From Veleropilina oligotropha (taxonomy: Eukaryota), in contig JBEUKZ010000019.1 of NCBI GenBank assembly GCA_048128005.1, forward strand, positions 186,001 to 250,000: a stretch of 64,000 nt of DNA. The letters run 5' to 3'. This document shows, piece by piece, positions 47,001 to 51,090 of this stretch; position 1 is the first letter of the stretch, and each line of letters opens with the position of its first letter. The notes under the pieces were generated by a model that saw only the letters and a program-made list of their open reading frames with translations, searched no databases and was not told where the DNA came from. Position numbers and translations under genes: made by a program.

Positions 47001-50000
47001 CCATGTGGAGAAAGCCGCCGCGGCGCCATCGACCTCAAACTCGTCTTTGGCGTCGCTCAAGAGTTCCACCCATGGCTCTTTTGCTGGGAGCCTTACTGGG
47101 GGAGGGACCTGGTCATCCAGGTCGATGAATCGTTGTCCCTCGGGTGTGGTAAATTGCCCTAGAAGATCCTTCTGGTAGTCCTGGGCTGTCCGGGGCGTTT
47201 TGGAGATGAGAAGATCGGGCCCCTTCCGAGCAATAGCATGGGCAAGGGTCTCTTTCCGAGACCGCTTGACGATTCGATCCGTGATGGCGCGAAGTGGCTT
47301 CAGTCGAATCCTGGGATTTTTCTCAGCCTGGGATTCGTATTTACGAGCCTGCAGGGCGGCGTCGACCTCGTCCTTAATCTGCCGCAACTCGCGAGCACGT
47401 CGGCCTCTTTTGTGGGGGTTCTCCACATCTCCACGTATGGAGGGGAACCTTCCCGTTTTCATCGCCCGCTCGAGTCTGCTCCGAAACTCCGCAGCACGGA
47501 CCCTGGCGATTGCCCTGACGAGGTCGTGCTTCTTGAGCTTCGACCGAGCGGGAATCCCATAATCTTTCGCTAGATTGCGCAGGTCATCCATGTTGCTGGG
47601 GGGGTATACACTACGCCAAATCATTTCTCTAATAGGAAATTACGTGTGGTAGATTGCAGCCATGCGGCGAAACTCTCTCTGGAAGGCCCTTTTCTTTCGT
47701 TGCCAGTCCTTAACGTCTTCATTCCGATACCCACAACCCCGGCACAACGTAAACCGGTTAAAGACGCCTTTGCCGCATTTGATGCAGGGCTTTGTGCCCC
47801 AGCCATTTCGCCGTAGCCGAGCCAGGTGGACTTTGCAATACGTGTTCAGACATCTCTTACCACATAGCTCCGTGGAGCTGATGGTGAGCCATTGACAGGT
47901 GTCCGTTCCCCACATCGTATCCTTTGCATTGGATATACCCGTCCGATGGGTATGTCTAAAAGAGAGCCCGGGCCGGCGAGGGTTGTGGGCCGTCCCTACG
48001 GGCTCTTACTACATACTACTATATCGGCATGTTAGACGCTGTGTAGTTATACTTGAAATCAACATGCCGCAGGAAGACATTCCTACGCTGTACAGCGAAC
48101 GGAGCTTCAGGCGCGTTAAAAACCTCTTAAACCGGGGCTATAACGTTTTGATCGTTGTACTCGACGATGGTGAACAAGCGATATATAAGAAGAAGACCAA
48201 AGACGGTAGAAAGGGAGTTGTACGAAATCAAACGCTGGCGGGCCCTCAGTGATGTCCTGTAGCCTTCGCCGGGCTGCTATTTTGCCATTCTAAAAAGTCC
48301 AATCACCCCCCCTGCTACTGCTCGCATAACTGAGGAGCCCGGGCCGGCTCGGGTAGTGGGCCGTCCCCGGGGGCTCTATATAGTCTACGTTGGGTCGGAA
48401 AAGGTGCATTCATCCCCACAGTAATACCAGCTCAGTTCTGAAATAGTGCTGGGAGCCTTATTTTCCCATTCTAAAAAGTCCAATCACCCCCCTGCTGCTG
48501 AGTTGAGATCCATATTAATTCTGAAAAAGTGCTGGGAGCCTTAATTTCCCTCGCCGCGCCCCCAGATAAAAGGTATGGTCACCCCCCCTGCTGCTCCTGC
48601 CTTGAACCTCGATGTTGTAAATATACAGAATATTAAGCATCATTCCTCCTCCCTCCCTCAATAGGATATTATAACATGATATTCATTGTGATGCAATATC
48701 GATACGATTTATAGCAAATGGCCCAATGGGTTCCGTGCAAAATGTAGCCGGTGTTAGATTGCAATGGGCATTATGATGCAATATGTATCCGGTTGGAACT
48801 TTATGCAAAATGTAGTCGGCAGTTGTTGGCCTACATGTAGCCGGTATGTTTAGTTGCTGTACAAAATGTACCATGTGTAACATTATTATATCAATCATAA
48901 TTTGGTTTATTGCAGTATATTAATTACATTGTACTCAATATGTCCGTGTTGTTATCGGTATGTGATGTAACTCAATCATGTACGGTGATTACATGAGGTA
49001 CTTCCGTATTGTGTTGGATACGTACGTATTGTAATCAATTGTTTTCAACATAATGTGAACGGATACAATGTATATAATACATGACCAGTGTTATATTTAA
49101 TATACATACTGAATAAAAGTAAAATTCCGTTTAATAATAGCACAAATTGAATGGTTCTTTCTTCTGGGCCTTGCTTCACAAAAACTCTAACGGACGACTG
49201 CAAAGCTTAGCCCGCGTCTTCTCGATCAGTCGTACGAGTCCATGCGAAGCTTAGCCCGCGTCTTCCTGATCTGTCATAAGAGTCCCTGCGAAGCGGGAAC
49301 CGATATTGTATTCTGTTAATTGTGGCGTCATTCAAGGAGATGAATTGACATCACATGTGTGATCCAAATAAATACCGTGTAGGATTGCGCTCGGCATCGC
49401 CATGATTTGAATCATTTCACAGAGGACTAAGGGGTTGAGATAATGTCAAAGAAAGGATACTAGTCCCCTGATAGATCAAGACAGTATAGACCTACAGATA
49501 TAAGCGTTTACAATGGGGCAACCTGGGTACCCTTTGATGTGTTCACTAATGTCGAAATTATGTCTCTGAAATTTTGCGCAGGTAAATCAAGAGGTGGATA
49601 CCATGCAATGAGTTCATCTTTGTCATGTCTCGCATAGCATAGGTATTCGATGACACGTTGCTTGAATTCTCTGTGCTTGACCAACAATTTGTTAGCGATT
49701 GAGTACGATTTTTGCAGGCTATTAGGAATTCGCTCTGCAGTTTGCGACTTATAGCCGCAATTCATAAATTCTTGTATATGCCTATGGGTAAGCCTATACA
49801 TTATGATGGCAAAAAATTGGGTTTGTCCCGTTTTTATTTCCGCGTGACCCGACTTTAGTGAGTTCTGGGTAATTTTAATGACTGTAGCGGATGAGTGACA
49901 TCAGGCATGATGTCACTGTTCAGAGATAAATCTAGTTCGCTTATATCCGTTTGAGTGATCTTGGACCATATGATGAAAGTAGTTTATATCAACTGCAACT

Positions 50001-50104
50001 AAAGTAACGTAAATTTTACCCAGTTGCTTCATGTTTGGGTTGAAGTCGATGCTGGTGACCGTGTCGCGGTGACCCTTGAAGTGTCGCTCCATGGATGGAT
50101 CCTC
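16910..50104 (-). CDS. POC1: Host POC1 centriolar WD40 protein gene (13 coding exons, 1380 nt found; first exon not located)
   Basis: Spliced translation [14 protein letters not shown]...VLVWKSNFD...[29 protein letters not shown] matches the POC1A/B WD40 plus C-terminal coiled-coil layout. All introns are GT-AG with consistent phases. Confidence 0.95.
17577..17762 (-). CDS. POC1: POC1 exon (...[14 protein letters not shown])
   Basis: AG/GT boundaries, 186 nt. Confidence 0.85.
18281..18367 (-). CDS. POC1: POC1 linker exon (IDARSK...FASTQ)
   Basis: AG/GT boundaries, 87 nt, in frame. Confidence 0.72.
18799..18936 (-). CDS. POC1: POC1 exon (VLVWKSNFD...PSSK)
   Basis: AG/GT boundaries, 138 nt. 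Confidence 0.9.
19250..19318 (-). CDS. POC1: POC1 exon ([23 protein letters not shown])
   Basis: AG/GT boundaries, 69 nt, WD40. Confidence 0.92.
19838..20097 (-). mobile_element. tRNA-related SINE, full length, with ~14-bp TSD
   Basis: A/B-box-like head on the minus strand and flanking direct repeat AGATATGGAGGTGA. Other copies lie at 51871-52063 and split around virus copy 2. Confidence 0.75.
20100..20630. repeat. Non-autonomous repeat with ~120-bp internal subrepeats and GACA microsatellite
   Basis: Repeated GTGACCTACTTTTGGTAC...CACATCAAGTTTCGTG...GGGAGATATGGAG units. Confidence 0.55.
21294..21427 (-). CDS. POC1: POC1 exon ([10 protein letters not shown]...TLHGHQ)
   Basis: AG/GT boundaries, 134 nt, WD40. 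Confidence 0.93.
22508..22859 (+). mobile_element. tRNA-derived SINE with (ATT)n tail
   Basis: A box TGGTACAGTGG, B box GGTTCAACCC, core TCCTTGGGCAAGG...CACCCAG...TGGGTACC. Confidence 0.7.
22859..23352. repeat. Helentron/DINE-like non-autonomous element with a ~195-bp tandem duplication, nested in the SINE tail
   Basis: ACTAG...CCCG...CGGG end, poly-T, (GACA)n; 22961-23155 is repeated at 23156-23352. Confidence 0.5.
23756..23871 (-). CDS. POC1: POC1 exon ([11 protein letters not shown]...LLQHYT)
   Basis: AG/GT boundaries, 116 nt. Confidence 0.93.
24347..24454 (-). CDS. POC1: POC1 exon ([21 protein letters not shown]...)
   Basis: AG/GT boundaries, 108 nt. Confidence 0.93.
24572..24642 (-). 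CDS. POC1: POC1 exon ([23 protein letters not shown])
   Basis: AG/GT boundaries, 71 nt. Confidence 0.93.
25663..25771 (-). CDS. POC1: POC1 exon ([16 protein letters not shown]...DDKTVK)
   Basis: AG/GT boundaries, 109 nt. Confidence 0.93.
25870..26405. repeat. Interspersed repeat related (inverted) to 56960-57405
   Basis: Shared CACGGACCATTTGATAATGTC...CCTTTTTTACAAAAAGGTCA end and (TA)n tract. Confidence 0.6.
26431..26853. mobile_element. hAT-like MITE
   Basis: TIR CAGGGCTCGATTTA / TAAATCGAGCCCTG flanked by direct repeat TTACAAT. Confidence 0.7.
26885..26976 (-). CDS. POC1: POC1 exon ([30 protein letters not shown])
   Basis: AG/GT boundaries, 92 nt; its 5' half is the terminal unit of the 74-bp array. 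Confidence 0.92.
26925..30402. repeat. 74-bp minisatellite, 47 near-identical copies, made of a POC1 splice acceptor plus exon 5' half
   Basis: Period 74 (CAGATGCCAC at 26925, 27591, 27961); 47 x 74 = 3478 bp. Confidence 0.95.
30609..31014. mobile_element. TTAA-flanked MITE (Kolobok-like termini)
   Basis: ttaa AGAGACTATTGCCCGTAAATG ... CATTTACGGGCAATAGTCTCT ttaa. Confidence 0.7.
31240..31319 (-). CDS. POC1: POC1 exon ([27 protein letters not shown])
   Basis: AG/GT boundaries, 80 nt. Confidence 0.94.
31701..31742 (-). ncRNA. Minimal type I hammerhead ribozyme (Penelope-type)
   Basis: Minus strand reads CCCU-CUGAUGA-GACCA(UAAGUGU)UGGUC-GAAA-CCGGUC-AGGG: full core, stems I and II, palindromic stem III. 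Confidence 0.8.
31790..31908 (+). mobile_element. 5' part of a SINE copy interrupted by virus copy 2 (continues 48596-48658)
   Basis: The two halves join to the reverse complement of the intact SINE at 19838-20010. Confidence 0.85.
31909..32059. repeat. Left TIR of copy 2
   Basis: Reverse complement of 48446-48595 with a few mismatches. Confidence 0.93.
32367..32722. repeat. Two diverged ~165-bp direct repeats in the copy-2-specific region
   Basis: CTTCCGG...GTTTCGCCTGTTAATATTGG.AGCTAAGGATCGTGCGATA...CCGTCGACCGTT...CTAGCCCAC at 32367 and 32558. Confidence 0.7.
33120..33735 (+). repeat. G-rich tandem array (GGGTGGCCCGGGGGT-type units), G-quadruplex prone
   Basis: Dozens of G3-G5 runs at 33367-33735, preceded by repeated CCAAGAGAGGGTCGTGA units. 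Confidence 0.85.
33785..34222 (-). CDS. Secreted cysteine-rich peptide precursor (145 aa)
   Basis: Signal-like [20 protein letters not shown]; 8-Cys C-terminal domain. Confidence 0.78.
   Translation of the reverse strand: MKSILILCIAAVCWLGGVSTQASRHDTALILEHTWARYRNHPRYNARFDPLRRNLLLRPDRDPTPDVSPPSCHYFIIGENECGVGGAHPDPNTVVCIECAEPSLCRGKHGHYYSMLSTGCMGSWSQIGQHSPCNCTLASGNYIFI
34305..34937 (-). CDS. 210-aa membrane protein with PSAP and LYPxL motifs
   Basis: [14 protein letters not shown]; hydrophobic hairpin; homolog of 11313-11945. Confidence 0.8.
   Translation of the reverse strand: MNNKPSAPTLYPQLGGDVPSELHEAQSFRLQKVNELQGQLERERDARAALYKKYRRGVNVVDGIDNGLVVATLGMGSAGIGLLSTIVAAPVVLVLELAALGCGLASMGGKYISRRLGVKAKKHDEIRVLADSKLNTITDHVSKALSDGVMSDDEFQLVTGEMEKYQAMKASIRDKSRKAHTAISQTQSELIERGRLEGRAELLKKIGAGD
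34934..35296 (-). CDS. Hypothetical 120-aa viral protein
   Basis: Homolog of 10950-11312; start and stop overlap both neighbours. Confidence 0.7.
   Translation of the reverse strand: MSSSIYGTLRADEPSSPTRWHFVLNCGEAPKKKGLAKREFLLPNNGGRFGLNPALLMIHMTPVQPAGGPKACSISTLGLNSDRLTLAFVVKAPWVGTMYLNVSVTVDIRNQQAEQYSHEQ
35293..36033 (-). CDS. Probable minor capsid protein (penton)
   Basis: As 10213-10953. Confidence 0.75.
   Translation of the reverse strand: MFHTLTNVQEGTAVALLEPIDNRDGKLCVSLQSLDYWVGWHNVHAGAFFKTPDTTVDVAPGFYSFDDLAKTMKRSLVNLQLDVSHATGLARIVVPEGTRLAISDDIRKLLGLDLSSFILDKAGNLNQPVRGVQGQPPPPPERSEWLRPGTYDGNKPVGFAIAPTLHVHLEQLSTTHNVKDGAPSTILAVVPITSQMFGEAGHYHSYPAGRRLQAGLITELKVYVTDADSNLLDNHGMPITAVLAIQ
36041..37336 (+). 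CDS. 431-aa protein with C-terminal TM anchor, function unknown
   Basis: Intact ORF ending [19 protein letters not shown]; no signal peptide seen. Confidence 0.8.
   Translation: MAKSAFVFNRSAAYPTGVVYPAKIKDEQLTRPSINVGNSSTTAFGADYPDVFQKYRLPHVASDGLIRAWHSTPMQFWQNKVNFAVWCATTGSGISSEDHLNATAAPLSTAVFTFHVYYQVRRILTEIQAPLPQDRTWDAFDTPYDRRAYEKICSEFGASPHTDWRVKGPNGGLGTAYSYWTNNGYHPIGREYDPSRMSFTKGTTNTNLHVDYIAQAPALKNGWATFILDRSVGFTRAGVERLNDSIRTYVWAILGAQAQTRASILGSGTAFDAQKQFLANVEDAIASPVDLPAAIQRYQDVLQYARSKVDFVFGVGLYMAPSDMLLRIGQVAGYNNEIVVATEAQTLGLNTTVNVANPVPHNATGETGETGLVIPQDAVLPADAVTPKHRGSLPAVAPVAAVSAGATKHDEDKTALIVGGIVVGLAFIWLT
37329..38642 (-). CDS. 437-aa protein: acidic N-terminus, coiled coil, hydrophobic/amphipathic C-terminal helices
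   Basis: Intact ORF containing [23 protein letters not shown], a poly-Pro linker and [13 protein letters not shown]...[16 protein letters not shown]. Confidence 0.82.
   Translation of the reverse strand: MAEFENPAFEPDDLIDNDDTIIDDTDVDLSTDRFMPVLSERPQEGTSSLQQELVQGVVDDYYKALAQEGQTPAMGRDYSKFKYVRGKLGRGGKLVMTDYPDINLINSRTGNPLALSTIAGRPGGGDAIREGLGFVHWTRGGQKPSSKAVAALQTADNELSGAAANVENVELRDLGQTATDASVAIHTMETKFTDTEVEEILGTMGDPPLNLRELRGLDKAMQTIRGELTNNLAKLTALDEHIELEKMKLDQADEEGGVDEFIRRRIAERLRDLNDERAARLEAASSSREALRSQISRIREMISRILNTDTTLAERIRTLFREQGVTIATILTAIGLAISTLVLALTGGAPSIPPTPPPPSGQGGVKEWVKKQLQNLGRILGKLAGKAAAALPGILGSLVSWLINLIGKTASWLAENLWALVISVGGLLLIAARQWVT
38679..39980 (+). CDS. Probable double jelly-roll major capsid protein (433 aa)
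   Basis: As 6258-7559. Confidence 0.75.
   Translation: MTSVYGRKLNPYRRLREPLAVKGIRQSVTITNNPSTIAPNQQLLVRFPNLGANDVIVPGTAHLAFTISLTSVNANRTVVQNIGRAVIRKTTIKISGNEIMSIDDSDVYHCYCDLWKTTGERKNAQYQGIDTSDGHNTTKHRVGAADAFRLSEDVAVAAAYGNRFRIPLDFELLESHMPFYQSALGDRLEYELTFNDYSRTIRETDDSGSSYSIDNISLEYDMVTQSELARRIRNQYQGQLVILYDRVLRHRKLTLDKSDSLWNMNVNVPARSMKGILLLFEDPARDAAPFSRDTEAFYNPKITKVEVTIEGVPNQIYSQGMRTYQIWEEAKKMFASGCSKRHPEVAMVAKDLEMADVTLGEFLTKKFALWIDMRVTDDDQLHGSGRRVENASEGITIQITKTAEAAGPLNVYEFVIMDAQLNIENGRFVEALY
39952..40584 (+). CDS. A32-type packaging ATPase
   Basis: [18 protein letters not shown]. Confidence 0.9.
   Translation: MADSSKHCTKRFPHTKDPHSAIICGQTGCGKTVFMLELLEGEYRGVFRHIVVLCPTIKYNKAYQSCPWIWTDPEVYLVPPGERLHDWLRGFYRLFQGESTLYIIDDCAASKAMAKRRDMLTLLAFSGRHASQSVWVVTQKYNSVLKELREQTRWVALFHCKDRDSFEDCLRENDVIPSQDERTEVRRLLAETRHAKLLLKTDQPVAYSVL
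40596..41381 (+). CDS. Hypothetical ~260-aa viral protein
   Basis: Homolog of 4845-5642. Confidence 0.7.
   Translation: MLSSCPASSRMSDAVYLAFAFSQSLILLLLATLWYWIYSYIRPVRRCWKRFRMDSLIDQLMDDEQETTINSCRLTPDGKEPVSNSGVASSVCAAKRERLAALAVGGQAHRYMGRNLTVDRIDDMTDDEVEKHHARYEAKLGADVTKTLGTSAIHLYAGAAGMFLPIPPANQLRLIADLEADPFISHALTTASCELYYKYGMYLAPLTAALTTAKHCQFGHVCPPKIPDQDDNAGSGPSDRETADREPADREGDFFDGLISE
41284..41775 (+). CDS. Hypothetical basic-patch/TM protein
   Basis: Homolog of 4451-4942. Confidence 0.7.
   Translation: MTTPEVDQVIERQPIESQPIERVTSSTDSSVSKKDPKKVAAGRAGAAARKAKQEKLLAAVRQMKEDLSAPTSVVVPSEQPGEAVPAAERPRAPDTRKSDLFNWTQVAVAAGTVALVFVVWKTSSERSNPGPSTPHQQPPDADARCSRAAPTIELKKQNPFHMQ
41801..42040 (+). CDS. Small hydrophobic 79-aa protein
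   Basis: Homolog of 4186-4425. Confidence 0.72.
   Translation: MTTPITDGKMLGNAVYHAAIVSGLAIGYARLTKMVFKGASPKLDFTGYDVGMVVLDVALAMATKDMLIKQGIIPADILK
42072..42500 (+). CDS. Hypothetical membrane protein
   Basis: Homolog of 3723-4154. Confidence 0.75.
   Translation: MASIAMLVGGALVNALAFSGSNFLFSKLRSSGVDAERKRHDIAVEQLNAAQTKWSQQRAERLDWLNVELRRQGHAVGTFRDVDAAIREYALITGKNLDPGLGGGPEPALSDYYTPSDGQKGREITFIILGMAATGLVAYKLA
42541..42762 (+). CDS. Hypothetical 73-aa protein
   Basis: Homolog of 3460-3681. Confidence 0.5.
   Translation: MGLPEELYCAMLAVGYSTTLLDCWRRDEKTMVRFAVLVLSGPTNLRATTAQRPAPEAEACWRLISLLEYIADG
42755..43753 (+). CDS. Retroviral-type (rve) DDE integrase
   Basis: [22 protein letters not shown]. Confidence 0.93.
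   Translation: MDSKLARMYYSPKGYWKGIAAIKKLADAAKASEVEARTWLKRQALWQIYLPAPRRIPRPKFDVVTPNEVHQADLLFLPHDKVRHKTYKYALTVVDVASRFKEAEPLVTKEAKGVAEALARIYRRSPLGWPKLLQVDPGREFMGAVSQLLAKNNVEVRRGRVDIHRDQGIVERFNRTLAERLFGHQYATEMRFAESAKEGQRSTEWVARLAAVVAALNGEVTRLTGKKPKDAIKAPRVAQKPGATVPGRQGKEQKLPSDVDVRYLYYDGELEGGHRRATDPVWSLKVYRLGRSVTKPDEPVLYYLLDGPPRGFVREELLVVPRDTQLPPVLRR
43743..47624 (-). CDS. 1293-aa replicase: N-terminal region + vOTU-like protease + degenerate PolB + SF1 helicase + HNH-type nuclease
   Basis: Motifs in order: GDLNC...[17 protein letters not shown]...[71 protein letters not shown]...[20 protein letters not shown]. Confidence 0.87.
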   Translation of the reverse strand: MIWRSVYPPSNMDDLRNLAKDYGIPARSKLKKHDLVRAIARVRAAEFRSRLERAMKTGRFPSIRGDVENPHKRGRRARELRQIKDEVDAALQARKYESQAEKNPRIRLKPLRAITDRIVKRSRKETLAHAIARKGPDLLISKTPRTAQDYQKDLLGQFTTPEGQRFIDLDDQVPPPVRLPAKEPWVELLSDAKDEFEVDGAAAAFSTWRVEVDIKIAPALDARMTDARAAQLLTALPKGEYVLRIKFLREWSEGDWVVEDKFDPVKAARKKGQGVFEISQDTKPGAITGVDKVYYENAYPVTAVVYGVYPLREPNPANLVPMKNGDLNCVAQRVVEHFEGALRGHGLTPTRRQKILEWEERVHVTGATVDDISILEKILKRAIVLRDIAGEDVFNSGKYQASMWKSIELICHNGHAWSKDLHFPQSREVHLYEGDVWEAIRQATQNEPLAVWLLGGTDRQLNVNQFVLQDGRTYRTKDDHERLQEACTALGNESLADRAFGVNHAASIMAKETNGWKPTPAGLLDDIQKACVEHGHGGLWNSMNYDTGDVCCIDMKSCYPASFLGKGEAKPYFERFGHPLHSMTRVAINGPLPQDIGTGFAEVVEWEFAQDIHPVIVAWFGKHFAENGWAPTPLLAFLVESGLLKSLKIRESIIALKNQTDVWLPENRDQGCSIIGKFTQGAKADGKRLTRRLVTDQGELDFLVRDTRQSGTLVGAPQRCPLGHILTYYDGSQPQYAHLRASMLAYAHINLLSMLKRFSAAEAVRVATDSIYLKKASLEKLDDVTVYVAPRLCGCGEKSCISCLIAEPYLPPVAPAQWRDKGEQLYMPQEHAAYLPKPEYCCATNSSQPSTAPCYNDTLTHHRLSYLNGGGGCGKTTRAIELFRARNPVVFTPTHRLAKEMRTRGVKAQTYHSFFRWSGQNDWTPDRMGQKFIPRVIIWDEVCTVPRHILEMFLDWLGRHEVQVICCGDQGQPPPITGEMPHDWLRKTADYYEEIEVDYRAKDDPALQALKRRIRLQPDKVQCDEMRRTLPSCLGWDRFVNTWKPGDLILTSRQKVRERAQELLLQRHKEHFPDSMVPILYHPRDSRKQNIMVTIPGTSDREELVLNDVVEVTIEAAERAILTPDWRLGYALTIHSSQGLTIHDPQKVWIIDDYLQWSNLAYLAVSRVELLRQLERVTCPPDEGSEDRPPQAPQTEQQLRKTIQKKLVAYKRQDQATGLPGFNLKVDDILRLREAQNNRCAACNIELLWAYSPKDTQQFSVDRVDNSRGHTRDNVRLTCLECNRKRGFAVVNA
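47640..47915 (-). CDS. Small Cys/His-rich basic zinc-finger-like protein (91 aa)
   Basis: C-x10-C-x3-C-x4-C-x2-H and CxxC-x10-CxxC; co-oriented upstream of the replicase. Confidence 0.65.
   Translation of the reverse strand: MWGTDTCQWLTISSTELCGKRCLNTYCKVHLARLRRNGWGTKPCIKCGKGVFNRFTLCRGCGYRNEDVKDWQRKKRAFQREFRRMAAIYHT
48064..48252 (+). CDS. Hypothetical 62-aa basic protein
   Basis: ATG ORF next to the TIR; no second copy in the window to test conservation. Confidence 0.35.
   Translation: MPQEDIPTLYSERSFRRVKNLLNRGYNVLIVVLDDGEQAIYKKKTKDGRKGVVRNQTLAGPQ
48446..48595. repeat. Right TIR of copy 2
   Basis: See left TIR. Confidence 0.93.
50020..50104 (-). CDS. POC1: POC1 exon ([28 protein letters not shown])
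   Basis: ttccag acceptor, GT donor, 85 nt; phase matches exon 31240-31319. Confidence 0.93.
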
Positions 50105-50284
50105 CTGGAAACAAAAAAAGGAAATGGCGTCGTTAGGGTGTTAACCAGTTACTTGCAAAATAAAAACAAGACGACAGAGCCGTCAATATCCCCCGCATTG
50201 GTACATTCACAATTACTATATAATTACTATATGCTGTATGTTCTTGAAACTACAATGGGGTAAGCGCAATATCGTTGCTATAAA

Positions 50285-51090
50285 TAATAACAAGGGCAAT
50301 AACTCTGTCATTAATCATGACGCAACGTAACAATTATGAAAAGGCCGCAGTTAACCAACTACGGAATACACCCACCAAGTTTCGTAATGATAAGTCAAGC
50401 ACTGCATGAGATATAGTCGGGAATAACAAAATTAAAGCAAGGACAATAACTCTGTGAATATTTGATGTACGTCGAAATTAACGAAAGGCACCAGTTCAAC
50501 AACTGCTTAATACACCCACCAAATTGCATAAAGTTATGCCGAGCGGTGTATGAGATACGCTCCGGAAAAAAGAACATTAACAAATTTACATCAAGGGCAA
50601 TAACTCTGTTTATGATCGACACAACGTCGAAACTAGCAAAAGGCACCAGATCACAGACTAAATAATATATCCAGCACGTTCCGTAACGTTATGTCGAGTG
50701 GTGTATGAGCTACGCTTTGGAAAAGATAACATTTTAACGAATTTACAACAAGGGAAATAACTCTTAATGATCGCTGCACAACGTCGAAACTAGCAAAAGG
50801 CACCAGTTCACAGACTACTGAATACATCCAGCAGGTTTCGTAAAGTTATGTCAAGCGGTGTATGAGCTACGCTCCGGAAAAGATAACATTAACAAATTTA
50901 AAACAAGGGCACTAACTCTGTTAATAATAGCGACACAACGTCGAAACTAGCAAAAGTCACCAGTTCACAGTACTTAATACACCCAGGAAGTTCCGAAAAG
51001 TTATGTCGAGCGGTGTATGAGATATGCTCCGGAAGAGAAAATTTTCACGCAAGAACGGACGGACGGTCTGCATTTTAATATCCCCCACAA
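50285..51090. repeat. Non-autonomous repeat with ~120-bp internal tandem subrepeats
   Basis: Recurring CAAGGGCAATAACTCTGT...CAACGTCGAAACTAGCAAAAGGCACCAG...GCGGTGTATGAG. Confidence 0.65.

Larger units (their letters stand above)
31909..48595 (-). mobile_element. Complete Polinton/Maverick-like endogenous virus, copy 2 (16,687 bp)
   Basis: AGCAGCAG...CTGCTGCT termini, ~150-bp TIRs, CCTGC TSD at 31904-31908 and 48596-48600. Integrase, ATPase, capsid and replicase ORFs are all open. Confidence 0.95.
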
